From Candidatus Shapirobacteria bacterium (GTDB lineage Bacteria > Patescibacteriota > Microgenomatia > VGLL01), in contig VGLL01000001.1 in the NCBI GenBank assembly GCA_016866735.1, forward strand, positions 1 to 60,671: a stretch of DNA of 60,671 nt. Direction: 5' to 3'. Position 1 is the first letter of the stretch. The number at the start of each line of letters is the position of its first letter. A program made the translations under genes and the position numbers. The notes beneath the pieces are model-generated. The model was not told the DNA's origin and did not search any database. It worked only from the letters and a program-made list of their open reading frames with translations. Below, piece by piece: positions 26,901-35,243 of this stretch.

Positions 26901-27412
26901 TCTATGAAGTTTCTCCGGAAACCATCGAGGTTGACCAGAAGATTAAAGTGGGCGGTATTCTTTCCTCAATTAGAATCGCAATGACTAAAAATGGCGTTTC
27001 AGAAATGGCGTTTGCCACCATTGAAGATGACACGGGCAAGCTTGAAGTGGTAGTTTTCCCCCGGGTTTTTTCGGCGACGAGGAGCATCTGGGCCAAAGAC
27101 CAAGTTCTTTTAGTTGATGGTCGCCTGGAGGCTCGCCAAGGAGGAACATCCTTAATTGCCGATAGTGCGATTTCGCTTTCCACTCTTAATCAGGATCAGC
27201 CAAGCTTTGATTTTACGGTGAGGGTTCCTCGTGGCGTTCATGCCCAGGCGCTTGTTAAACTTAATAAGCTGTTAAAAGATAGTCCGGGAGAAAAGAGGGG
27301 GATTTTAATTTTTGAGACAGAAAACGGGAAACAGCGCAAACTGGCATTAAATTTTGGGGTTGATTATAATGATGGCCTGGAAAAGCAAATCAAGAAAATT
27401 TTGTCAGAATAG
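23957..27412 (+). CDS. dnaE: DNA polymerase III alpha subunit
   Basis: PHP N-terminus (FVHLHTHSEYSLLDG), GSAAGSLVSYVL, PDIDLDF, QLESAGM, FNKAHS and a C-terminal OB fold. Length 1151 aa. Confidence 0.95.
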   Translation: MTDFVHLHTHSEYSLLDGLAKIPHLVGQAIGFKQKALALTDHGVMYGTIPFYLACREAGIKPIIGIEAYMAHRSRFDKQPKIDADQYHLLLLAKNTLGYKNLMRLATIGHLEGFYYKPRLDLEVLKKYSEGLVCLSACLQGEIPSLIVENRHKDAESRAHEFLEIFGKDFYLEIQEHPKIPEQAKANKGLVEISRRLGIPLVATNDIHYAEAQDAEAQDILLALQTQKKLADKDRLTMMDSPDFYLRSSEEMAALFKEQPDALKNTAAIAEKCNLEIEMNKWILPHYPLPAGETAESHLRKMVSERLSDRFPEVTKEIKERLSYEMDIICQKGFATYFLIVQEFANWAKQQKIRVSCRGSAAGSLVSYVLRITSINPLEHNIPFERFLNPWRPTPPDIDLDFADDRRDEVINYVTKKYGQDKVSQIITFGKMEARMAVRDVARVLGYSYSTGDRLAKMIPFGPQGFETTTEWAMESNPELKAAYENEEETKKILDLAHRLEGVSRQASTHAAGLVIADCPLTEYVPLQWDTKREKVITQYDMYALDLNVSEQAIGLLKMDFLGIRNLTILGRAVEYVRSTKGKEIDLSEISLEDPRVYKLISEGETTGVFQLESAGMRRLGRQLKPSRFSDIAAMVALFRPGPMQWINEFISGKNNPAGVRYSHPALKPILEETYGIAVYQEQCLQIAVTIAGYSWGEADGLRRAIGKKKKTLMQKEKDKFIAKAIDNGYKKDDAEKIFSLIERFVGYGFNKAHSTSYAMIAYQTAWMKVNYPVEFMAAFLTAESGNADKVALGVAECRRMGIVILPPNINKSEVGFSIEAHAGSLEDCAIRFGLSAIKNVGEAAIVEIIKARQLAGEFKSLGDFFQRVDAQKVNKKVLESLIRVGGMDSFGKRAAMLAGLDKLRAQNESLQKQRAAGQASLFQEDNEAHGKIIAEDDLPKIEEFSRQELLRLEQQLLGFYLTEHPLMPLLSLLGEEVTHKLYEVSPETIEVDQKIKVGGILSSIRIAMTKNGVSEMAFATIEDDTGKLEVVVFPRVFSATRSIWAKDQVLLVDGRLEARQGGTSLIADSAISLSTLNQDQPSFDFTVRVPRGVHAQALVKLNKLLKDSPGEKRGILIFETENGKQRKLALNFGVDYNDGLEKQIKKILSE

Positions 27413-27436
27413 TTGAAATATGCTAGAATATTGATT

Positions 27437-27733
27437 ATGGCAATAAGCGCACAGTGGCAAGACGTAAAATTTAAAGTCGGCGACACGATTAAGATTCAGC
27501 ACCGCATTAAAGAGGGCGGCAAAGAAAGACTAGTCGCCTTTTTGGGAGTGGTGATTGCCATCAAGGGAAGAGGGGAAAACAAGATGTTTACCGCCAGGAG
27601 AATGGGCGCGCAGGGCGTCTGGGTTGAGCAGATTTTCCCCCTCTCGTTGCCGTTAATTGCCAAAATCGAGGTGAAAAAGAAGGCGACCAAAGTAAGAAGG
27701 GCCAAGCTTTACTACTTAAGAAAGACCTCTTGA
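27437..27733 (+). CDS. rplS: 50S ribosomal protein L19
   Basis: FKVGDTIKIQHRIKEGGKERLVAFLGVVIAIKGRG...KVRRAKLYYLR. The ATG at 27437 is preferred over the TTG at 27413 used in the track. Confidence 0.88.
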   Translation: MAISAQWQDVKFKVGDTIKIQHRIKEGGKERLVAFLGVVIAIKGRGENKMFTARRMGAQGVWVEQIFPLSLPLIAKIEVKKKATKVRRAKLYYLRKTS

Positions 27734-28092
27734 TGGGGAAATTAAGCGTTGGGAAATTCGGCGAAGGGCTGGCGGCCGAATTTTTGGCCCAAAAAGGCTA
27801 CCAAATCATTGAGCGGAATTTTAGAAAAAGATACGGAGAAATTGACCTCGTGGCCCGGGAGGGCAAGACCCTGGTTTTTATCGAGGTAAAAACAAGATTA
27901 ACAGACAAATACGGCCTGCCCGAAGAAGCGATAACTCCGTGGAAGCTGAAAGCTTTGGTCAGATCCGCTAATTATTATAAAATGCTTCATCCGGAACTGC
28001 CTGAACTTTTGCGGATTGACCTAGTGGCTATAGACTACGTGAATTCTTCCGATCACCCCGAAATCAGGCTAATAAAAAATATAAGTGGTTAA
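27730..28092 (+). CDS. yraN: YraN-family (UPF0102) endonuclease-like protein
   Basis: GEGLAAEFLAQKGYQIIERNFRKRYGEIDLVAREGKTLVFIEVKTR is the YraN signature. Confidence 0.85.
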   Translation: MMGKLSVGKFGEGLAAEFLAQKGYQIIERNFRKRYGEIDLVAREGKTLVFIEVKTRLTDKYGLPEEAITPWKLKALVRSANYYKMLHPELPELLRIDLVAIDYVNSSDHPEIRLIKNISG

Positions 28093-28115
28093 TTTTTGAT
28101 TTTGCCGTTTCGCAA

Positions 28116-28865
28116 CTACTTTGTTTTTGGCCTTAAAAGTAGAATGAGACCCAAAAGAATAGCCACTAAACTTAAAACTTGAGCGACTTTGACGCCTTGG
28201 ATTTGCCAGGTGTCAAAGCGGGCAAATTCGGTTAAAAAACGGATGGTGCCAAAAAGAAGAAAATAGACACCGCTAGCAAACCCAATTTTTTGCCCTTTTC
28301 TTTCGAGTAAAAGCAAAATAAGAAAAACGGCGAGCATGGCCAGGAATTCGTAAAGAAAAAGCGGGTGGAAAGAGGTATGGTTTTGCCAACTGCTAGGCCG
28401 GCGAGACGGGTCAATGTAAACTTTCCACGGCAAGTCAGTTGGCGGCCCAAATGCTTCCTGATTAAAAAAATTGCCGATTCTGCCGATTGCTTGAAGTATA
28501 GCGGCGGATGGAAGAAGGAGATCAGTTAATTGCCAAAAAGAATAATGTTTTATTTTGGCATAAATTGCCAAGGCAGAAATGCCGGCAATGAGGGCCCCGA
28601 AAACACCCAGCCCCCCTTGCCATAAAAGGAAAATTTCTCCTGGATGGTTAAAATAGTAGGCTTTGTAGTGTAAGACATGGTAGGCCCTTGCCCCCAAAAC
28701 ACTACTGGGAATGAGTATCAAGAAAATGCTTTCGACAGTCGAATTTGTAACCTGGTACAACTTTGCCCTAAGTCTTGCCACCAAAAAACCTACCAATACG
28801 CCCAGGGCCATAAGTCCTCCATAGATGTAGAAATTGACTGGCCCGATTGCAACCATTGCCAGCAT
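28116..28865 (-). CDS. lgt: prolipoprotein diacylglyceryl transferase
   Basis: YGGLMALGVL, ARAYHV, GGLGVFGALI and GRIGNFFNQEAFGPPTDLPW. Confidence 0.88.
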   Translation of the reverse strand: MLAMVAIGPVNFYIYGGLMALGVLVGFLVARLRAKLYQVTNSTVESIFLILIPSSVLGARAYHVLHYKAYYFNHPGEIFLLWQGGLGVFGALIAGISALAIYAKIKHYSFWQLTDLLLPSAAILQAIGRIGNFFNQEAFGPPTDLPWKVYIDPSRRPSSWQNHTSFHPLFLYEFLAMLAVFLILLLLERKGQKIGFASGVYFLLFGTIRFLTEFARFDTWQIQGVKVAQVLSLVAILLGLILLLRPKTK

Positions 28866-28918
28866 ATTGTAAGATATATTAGTGGCAAAACATAGTGCAG
28901 GGAAAGGGGGTGAGATAA

Positions 28919-29173
28919 ATGCCAGATTTTAAGGTTGGAGTGATTACCCACTACTACGATAAAATTGGGGTAGCTGTCCTTGAGTTATCTGACGAACTTG
29001 CCGCGGGTGACACTATAAAGATTTCCGGCCACGGTCGGGAATTTACCCAGGTGGTCGCCTCAATGCAGGTTGAGCACGAACAAATCCAGTCGGCCAAGCG
29101 AGGCCAAACGGTGGGCATGAAGATTGACCAGGAAGCGAAGGAGGGCGACGAGGTTTATAAAGTTACTGCCTGA
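28919..29173 (+). CDS. small EF-Tu-domain-2-like beta-barrel protein
   Basis: VITHYYDKIGVAVLELSDELAAGDTIKISGHGREFTQVVASMQVEHEQIQSAKRGQTVGMKI resembles the family usually annotated as translation elongation factor-like. Confidence 0.45.
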   Translation: MPDFKVGVITHYYDKIGVAVLELSDELAAGDTIKISGHGREFTQVVASMQVEHEQIQSAKRGQTVGMKIDQEAKEGDEVYKVTA

Positions 29174-29547
29174 TGATGGAGTGGTTTCCGGCTGACGATA
29201 TTAGAAACGAGATAATTTTTCTCTTGCAAAAACTGGGCTTTTCCCACATAGATCCGGCCAGGATATTTTGCTTCCGCTCTACCGGCTCAAAGTCCAAAGC
29301 CAGGGCAAGAATTTGGTCCTTACCGCGCATTTGGCAAAAAGCCCTGGCTGTCCCGCCCGGGTATTGTATCGAAATTATTGCGGAGAGGTTTGATCATTTG
29401 CCAGCGGAAGATAAGAAAAAAATTTTAATTCACGAACTATTACATATTCCGAGGAATTTTTCCGGCAGTTTGCTTTCCCACCGCGGAAAGTACCACTCAA
29501 TTAACACCAAGGTGGTGGAGATTCTTTGGCAAAAAATACAATGCTAG
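29173..29547 (+). CDS. putative HExxH zinc metallopeptidase-like protein
   Basis: ILIHELLHIP is an HExxH motif. The protein is small (124 aa) and translationally coupled to the upstream gene. Confidence 0.4.
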   Translation: MMEWFPADDIRNEIIFLLQKLGFSHIDPARIFCFRSTGSKSKARARIWSLPRIWQKALAVPPGYCIEIIAERFDHLPAEDKKKILIHELLHIPRNFSGSLLSHRGKYHSINTKVVEILWQKIQC

Positions 29548-30236
29548 TTCTTCTTCACGGAGAAAATACCGTTTCCAGCCGAAAGCGCTTAGCCGAACTG
29601 GTTCGCCAGGCCGAGGAAAAGGGATTAACCGAGAAAATTACTCTCGAGGGAAAAACGTTAACTCTCACCGATCTGAAGCAGGCCCTAGAGGCAAAATCGC
29701 TTTTTGGCGAGGGCAAAATAGTGGTCGTGGAAAATTTTCTATCTTTGCGAACTGGTAAAGAAAAGGAACAAATCATAAATTATCTTGTTCAATTGAGGGG
29801 CGAGGTTTCTTTATTACTTTGGGAGAATAAGCAATTAACCCAGGCAGTTATTGCTAGGCTTACCCCCACTCTTACCATCGAAATATTTAAGGTTGAGCCA
29901 TTGGTTTTCCGCTTCCTCGATTCGCTTAGGCCCAAGAATGCTAAAGAGATGTTGAATTTGCTTCACCTTAGTCTTAGGCAAAAAGAGCCCGAGCTGATTT
30001 TCTATCTCTTAATAAAGCGATTCCATTACCTTATCCTGGCAAAAGATCTTCAAGGTGACGGGCTCGACAGTCTTCCTTCATGGCAGCAAAGAAAAATTTT
30101 AGGCCAGGCAAAGCACTTTACCTTGGCGGAACTTCGGTCGGGCTACGCGCGCCTCTTAGAGATAGACTTTCGTCGCAAGACGTCGGCAGCGCCTTCTTTC
30201 CAAACCCTGCTTGATCTTTTTATTATTAGTCCTTAG
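29526..30236 (+). CDS. possible DNA polymerase III delta subunit (HolA-like, short)
   Basis: The N-terminus LVLLHGENTVSSRKRLAELV and the overall alpha/beta-then-helical layout resemble HolA. The match is weak. Confidence 0.3.
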   Translation: MAKNTMLVLLHGENTVSSRKRLAELVRQAEEKGLTEKITLEGKTLTLTDLKQALEAKSLFGEGKIVVVENFLSLRTGKEKEQIINYLVQLRGEVSLLLWENKQLTQAVIARLTPTLTIEIFKVEPLVFRFLDSLRPKNAKEMLNLLHLSLRQKEPELIFYLLIKRFHYLILAKDLQGDGLDSLPSWQQRKILGQAKHFTLAELRSGYARLLEIDFRRKTSAAPSFQTLLDLFIISP

Positions 30237-30247
30237 AATTGATTTTG

Positions 30248-32542
30248 ATGAGAGGAAAATTCGTTGTTTGGTTTTCGGAGGTTGGTAAAGATGACATTTC
30301 CCTTGTCGGCGGGAAAGGGGCTAACTTGGGAGAGATGGTTTCCTTTGGTATCCCGGTGCCGCCGGGCTTTATCGTTACTTCTGGGGCGTATTTTGATTTT
30401 CTGCGCGAGAATAATCTTACCGATAAAATTAAAAAAGAATTGCAAAAGCTGGACGAGAACAACCCCCAGTCTTATTCAGTCGTCTCCGCAAGAATTAAAG
30501 AAGCTTTGTTGGCGAAAAAGGTGCCAAAAGACACAGGAACAGAGATAATAAGAGCGTATCTTGATTTAGGGGGAATTTTAGGCCAGAGGGTTTTAGTGGC
30601 AGTTCGTTCCTCGGCAACGGCGGAAGACTTACCCACCGCCTCTTTTGCCGGCCAACAGGTCACCTTTCTAAATGTCAGCGGAGAAGCTAATGTGGTTGAG
30701 AAAGTTAAAGAATGCTGGGCCTCTCTTTTTGAACCAAGGGCTATATTTTATCGCCAGGAAAGAAATTTCGATCACCTGAAAGTGGGTATCGCCGTGCCGG
30801 TTCAAAAAATGATTCAATCGGAAACTTCGGGCGTGATGTTTACCTGCGATCCCGTTACGGGCGCAAAGAACAGAATCGTTATCGAGGCAATTTATGGTCT
30901 GGGCGAACTGATTGTCCAGGGCGAAGTAGCACCCGACAACTATGAAATCGGAAGTAAGTCCTTGAAAGTTCTCACTAAGAAAATATCTAGCCAGCCAGTT
31001 CAATTAATTAAACTAAATGGCCAGACCAGTCTTAGACCAGTTCAGTCTAATAAACAGTCAAGACAAAAAATAACGGATAGCCAAATTATGGAGTTGGCGA
31101 AGTTAGGCAATAGGATTTACCACCATTATTTCTTTCCGCAGGATATCGAATGGGCCATTGAGAGAGGAAAGATCTATATTTTGCAAACCCGGCCGGTTAC
31201 CACTCTAGAGCAGGCCAAAAAAACAGAAGAAAAAAGAACGCAGTCGTTTACCAAAGACCTAACGGTGCTGCTTAGAGGTATGCCGGCTTCGCCAGGAGTC
31301 GCTACCGGTGTTGCCAGAATAATTCATTCGGCCAAGGAAATTAATAAAGTAAGAAGCGGAGAGGTTTTGGTTGCGCCGATGACCTCTCCTGATTATGTGC
31401 CGGCGATGAAAAAAGTGGTGGGTATTGTTACCGATAGCGGCGGCCAAACATCACATGCCGCCATCGTTTCCCGCGAACTGGGAATTCCCTGCGTCGTTGG
31501 CACAAAAGAAGCAACAAAGACCCTGAAGAATAGCCAGATAATCACGGTTAACGGGACAAAAGGGGAAATTCTAAAAGGCGGATTTCGGTCCGCAGAAAAC
31601 CTAAAAGTTTCTTCAAGCTCTTTTCTCCGTACTCCGAGCAGAGTCTCTCTCAATACGGCTACCAAAATCTATGTTAACCTGGCGGAGCCGGAAATCGCCG
31701 CCGAGGTTGCCAAGCGCGATGCGGATGGCGTTGGGCTTCTCCGGGCCGAGTTTATGATTGCCCAGATGGGACTTCACCCCAAAAAAATTATCAGGGAAAA
31801 AAAGGAAAAATTATTTATCAAGCACTTAAGCGACAATCTGGCCATTTTCTGCGAGAGTTTTAAGCCAAGGCCGGTAGTTTACCGGGCGACTGATTTTAAG
31901 ACAAACGAATATCGGAACTTATCGGGAGGAAGAGAGTTTGAGCCCGAGGAGCCTAATCCGATGCTTGGTTTCCGCGGGGCCGCCAGATATATCAGAGACG
32001 CCGAAGTTTTTGAGCTTGAACTGGCGGCGATAAAGGAAGTACGTGCCAAAAAGGGGCTAAAGAATTTGTGGTTGATGATCCCCTTTGTGCGGTCACCACA
32101 GGAACTCCACGAGGTGAAAAAGATCATCGTTTCCTCTGGCCTGATGCGTTCCTCGACTTTTAAGCTCTGGATGATGGTGGAGATACCGACTAATGTTATT
32201 ATGCTCGAAGATTTCCTGGAGATCGGAATTGATGGGGTATCTATTGGGTCGAACGATTTGACAATGCTTATTTTGGGCGTTGACCGCGATAACAATGAAG
32301 TAGCACCGTCTTTTAACGAAGAAGATCCGGCTGTCTTGTGGGCCTTAGAGAGAGTCATTAAAACTTGTCATAAATATAGTGTTACCTCCTCGATTTGTGG
32401 TCAGGCGGCTTCTTCTCGGCCAGCCTTAGTGGAAAAACTGGTTGAATGGGGAATTACCAGCGTATCCGTTAATCCGGATGCAATTGAAGCGTGTCGCGGA
32501 CTGGTTCACCAGGCCGAGGAGAAATTAATTTTAAAAAAATAA
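30248..32542 (+). CDS. ppsA: phosphoenolpyruvate synthase / pyruvate, water dikinase
   Basis: VGGKGANLGEM, VAVRSSATAEDLPTASFAGQ, a phospho-His motif GGQTSHAAIVSRELGIPCVVG and a C-terminal PEP-utilising TIM barrel (GSNDLT). Confidence 0.9.
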   Translation: MRGKFVVWFSEVGKDDISLVGGKGANLGEMVSFGIPVPPGFIVTSGAYFDFLRENNLTDKIKKELQKLDENNPQSYSVVSARIKEALLAKKVPKDTGTEIIRAYLDLGGILGQRVLVAVRSSATAEDLPTASFAGQQVTFLNVSGEANVVEKVKECWASLFEPRAIFYRQERNFDHLKVGIAVPVQKMIQSETSGVMFTCDPVTGAKNRIVIEAIYGLGELIVQGEVAPDNYEIGSKSLKVLTKKISSQPVQLIKLNGQTSLRPVQSNKQSRQKITDSQIMELAKLGNRIYHHYFFPQDIEWAIERGKIYILQTRPVTTLEQAKKTEEKRTQSFTKDLTVLLRGMPASPGVATGVARIIHSAKEINKVRSGEVLVAPMTSPDYVPAMKKVVGIVTDSGGQTSHAAIVSRELGIPCVVGTKEATKTLKNSQIITVNGTKGEILKGGFRSAENLKVSSSSFLRTPSRVSLNTATKIYVNLAEPEIAAEVAKRDADGVGLLRAEFMIAQMGLHPKKIIREKKEKLFIKHLSDNLAIFCESFKPRPVVYRATDFKTNEYRNLSGGREFEPEEPNPMLGFRGAARYIRDAEVFELELAAIKEVRAKKGLKNLWLMIPFVRSPQELHEVKKIIVSSGLMRSSTFKLWMMVEIPTNVIMLEDFLEIGIDGVSIGSNDLTMLILGVDRDNNEVAPSFNEEDPAVLWALERVIKTCHKYSVTSSICGQAASSRPALVEKLVEWGITSVSVNPDAIEACRGLVHQAEEKLILKK

Positions 32543-32546
32543 CTCT

Positions 32547-33605
32547 ATGATTAAGATTGCAAGCCTTGCGGCCAGGGAAATATTTGATAGTCAGGGAGGC
32601 AAGACGATTGAGGCGGAACTTTTTTTGGCCGACGGAAAGAGCGGGCGCGCCTCCGTCCCTGCCGGAATTTCTACTGGTCAGTGGGAGGCAAGGAAAGTTA
32701 GCGCGGACCAAGCTGTTCGGGAAACTCAAGGAATTATTTACCCGGTTATATCAAAAAGAGAATTTATTGGCCAGGAAGACTTTGATAAAGAACTGGAAAA
32801 CTTTCCTTGCGGCGCAAATGCCACCTTGGCGGTTTCCCTGGCTTTTTCCCGCGCGGCGAGCACTCTTTCATACCCCCAAGAACTTGTTTTTCCCAAGCTG
32901 ATGGTGCTTCTTTTTGAGGGAGCGAAGCATGGCAGTAAAAACCTAACCATTCAGGAATTTTTGTATATTGCGGAAACAGTCGAACAAGGACAAGAGGCGT
33001 ATCAAAAGATAAAAGACTATCTGAGAAACTCGAATTACCCCACGACAGTCGGTGCCGAGGGAGGATTTTCGCCGCCGGGATTAAATGACGAGCAAGTGCT
33101 TGAGATTATTACCAAGGTCCTGGGTAAAAATAGCCGTATCGCGCTAGATATTGCCGAGTCGTCAAGGGAAAATCAGCCTCCCTTGGATTACGAGCGGCTA
33201 GTCAAAGATTTCCCAATTATTTCTCTTGAGGATCCCTGCCTTGACGACGACTGGGACAGTTGGATTAGGTTAACAGCATCTCTACCAGACACTATGATTG
33301 TCGTTGATGATTTAACGGCCACGAACGCGGAAAGAATCAAAAAAGCAGCCGAACTAAAAGCCGGTAATGCAGCAGTAATTAAGCCGGACCAAAGGAGCAC
33401 GCTTACCCGAGTTCTAGAGGCGGTAAAAGTGGCCAAAAATTGCGGGCTGAAGACTGTTGTTTCCCACCGCGGTCAGGATACCAATGATCCATTTGCGGCC
33501 GACTTCGCGGTGGCCATCGGAGCAGATTATGTAAAATTCGGCGGCTTTGCCCGCGGAGAAAGGATTGCCAAATATAATCGCCTCCTGGAACTTAAAAATG
33601 CTTAA
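32547..33605 (+). CDS. eno: enolase, compact and divergent (352 aa)
   Basis: AREIFDSQGGKTIEAEL..ASVPAGISTG, QEF, GAEGGFSP, LDIAES, SLEDPCLDDDW, VVDDLTATN, IKPDQ, SHRGQDTND and GERIAKYNRLLEL. All canonical catalytic and metal positions appear to be present, but the protein is about 80 aa shorter than typical enolases. Confidence 0.75.
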   Translation: MIKIASLAAREIFDSQGGKTIEAELFLADGKSGRASVPAGISTGQWEARKVSADQAVRETQGIIYPVISKREFIGQEDFDKELENFPCGANATLAVSLAFSRAASTLSYPQELVFPKLMVLLFEGAKHGSKNLTIQEFLYIAETVEQGQEAYQKIKDYLRNSNYPTTVGAEGGFSPPGLNDEQVLEIITKVLGKNSRIALDIAESSRENQPPLDYERLVKDFPIISLEDPCLDDDWDSWIRLTASLPDTMIVVDDLTATNAERIKKAAELKAGNAAVIKPDQRSTLTRVLEAVKVAKNCGLKTVVSHRGQDTNDPFAADFAVAIGADYVKFGGFARGERIAKYNRLLELKNA

Positions 33606-35109
33606 AAAACCTCTTGTTTTGATTATTTTAGACGGTTGGGGATTAGCACCAGCCGGACCCGGAAACGCCGTTACCCAAGCTAAGACGCCAACGATGGAAT
33701 ATCTTTGGAGGAATTATTTTCATACGCAGCTTTTGGCTTCCGGAGAGGCAGTCGGTTTGCCAAAAGGAGAAATGGGAAGTTCAGAAACGGGCCATCTTAA
33801 TTTAGGGGCGGGCCGGATCGTTCCTCAAGATCTACCACGAATAAGTAAGGCGATCAGCGATGGCTCTTTCTTTCAAAACAAGGCCTTTTTGGCCGCCATC
33901 AGCCACGCTCGTTTCCACCGTTCATCCTTGCATATAATGGGGCTTCTAAGCGATGGCGGAGTGCATTCTGGCTTTGATCACCTGCTTGCCCTTTTGGAAC
34001 TTTGCAAGAAGGAAAATTTCACCCATGTTTTTTTGCACCTTTTTACGGACGGAAGAGATATGCCGCCAAAATCGTCGCAAAAGCTGCTTTTCCAATTGGA
34101 TAAAAAAATGAAAGAGCTGGAAGTAGGGAAGATTGCCACCATTATGGGCCGCTACTATGCCATGGATCGCGATCTTCGTTGGGAAAGGACCGAGAGGGCC
34201 TATCGGGCAATTCTTGAAGGGATTGGGAAAAAGGCGGAAGACGTGTTTAAGGCAGTGGAGAATTCTTATCGAGATGGAATAACCGATGAGTTTATCGAGC
34301 CAGTTGTGATTACGGAAAAGCAAAGACCCGTTGGCAGAATTTTGGATAACCATGCCGTAATTTTTTTTAATTTTCGAGTTGACAGACCTCGCCAATTAAC
34401 CAAGTCCTTTCTCACCAATGGTTTTAAAAATCTTTTTTTTGCCACGATGACTGAGTACGAGAAGGGCTTACCTGTTTCCGCAGTTGCCTTTTCCCCCATT
34501 GTTGTTGCTTCTCCTTTAGCCCAGATTCTTTCGGGCCAGGGCGTTAGTCAATTACATCTCTCCGAGTCGGAGAAAGAGCGATTTGTCACTTATTATTTTG
34601 ACGGACAGCGGGAAAAACCTTTTTTCGGCGAGAGTTGGCTTGAAGTGCCTTCCCCAAAGGTTACGACTTATGACTTAAAGCCAGAGATGTCAGCCGAAGG
34701 GGTTTATGGGGCCTTTTCGGAAACTCTTCTTCACGGCGCGACCAACTTTTTCTTACTTAATTTTGCCAATCCAGATATCGTTGGCCACACCGGTGTACTT
34801 TCGGCAGGCATAAAAGCCTGCGAAACGGTTGATTTTTATCTAGGCAAAATTGTTGAGGAAATGCTTCGCGCAGAAGGAATAGTTATTGTAACCGCTGACC
34901 ACGGCAACGTAGAGGAAATGCTTGATTTAAAAACTGGCGAAGTAAATACGGAGCACTCGACCAATCCCGTGCCGTTTATTCTGGTTAGCAAGGAGTATGC
35001 CAGCCCAAAAATCCTCTCCCCTGGGATTTTGGGTGACGTTGCCCCTACCATTTTGAAAATAATGGGTATTCCCAAACCAAGAGAAATGACAGGGCAAAGC
35101 CTTATTTGA
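33598..35109 (+). CDS. gpmI: 2,3-bisphosphoglycerate-independent phosphoglycerate mutase
   Basis: LIILDGWG, SSETGHLNLGAGR, GGVHS, FTDGRD, MGRYYAMDRD and TADHGN. The start is moved to the ATG at 33598, because the track ORF start overlaps eno. Confidence 0.9.
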   Translation: MLKKPLVLIILDGWGLAPAGPGNAVTQAKTPTMEYLWRNYFHTQLLASGEAVGLPKGEMGSSETGHLNLGAGRIVPQDLPRISKAISDGSFFQNKAFLAAISHARFHRSSLHIMGLLSDGGVHSGFDHLLALLELCKKENFTHVFLHLFTDGRDMPPKSSQKLLFQLDKKMKELEVGKIATIMGRYYAMDRDLRWERTERAYRAILEGIGKKAEDVFKAVENSYRDGITDEFIEPVVITEKQRPVGRILDNHAVIFFNFRVDRPRQLTKSFLTNGFKNLFFATMTEYEKGLPVSAVAFSPIVVASPLAQILSGQGVSQLHLSESEKERFVTYYFDGQREKPFFGESWLEVPSPKVTTYDLKPEMSAEGVYGAFSETLLHGATNFFLLNFANPDIVGHTGVLSAGIKACETVDFYLGKIVEEMLRAEGIVIVTADHGNVEEMLDLKTGEVNTEHSTNPVPFILVSKEYASPKILSPGILGDVAPTILKIMGIPKPREMTGQSLI

Positions 35110-35172
35110 AATCTAGCAAGTACATCTCTCGACACACCGCTTGAAATTTCTTTTTTGAACTGTGAGTTTTTC

Positions 35173-35201
35173 TTGCAAAATAATAGATCATGCTCTATAA
35201 T
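35173..35201 (+). promoter_or_regulatory. sigma70-like promoter upstream of nrdJ
   Basis: TTGCAA (35173-35178), a 17-nt spacer, then TATAAT (35196-35201). Confidence 0.55.
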
Positions 35202-35206
35202 ACGGT

Positions 35207-35228
35207 TTATGGCGCAACGGCGCCATAA
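35207..35228 (+). promoter_or_regulatory. 9-bp stem-loop in the nrdJ 5' leader
   Basis: TTATGGCGC-AACG-GCGCCATAA lies immediately downstream of the -10 element and 16 nt before the ATG. Confidence 0.5.
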
Positions 35229-35243
35229 TATACCGAGAAAACT

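Noticed and set aside
35110-35243. A cobalamin riboswitch or NrdR boxes upstream of the B12-type RNR.
   Set aside because: Only about 40 nt separate the -10 element from the ATG, which is far too short for a cobalamin riboswitch. The only structure there is a simple 9-bp hairpin, and no pair of 16-bp NrdR-box palindromes was recognised.
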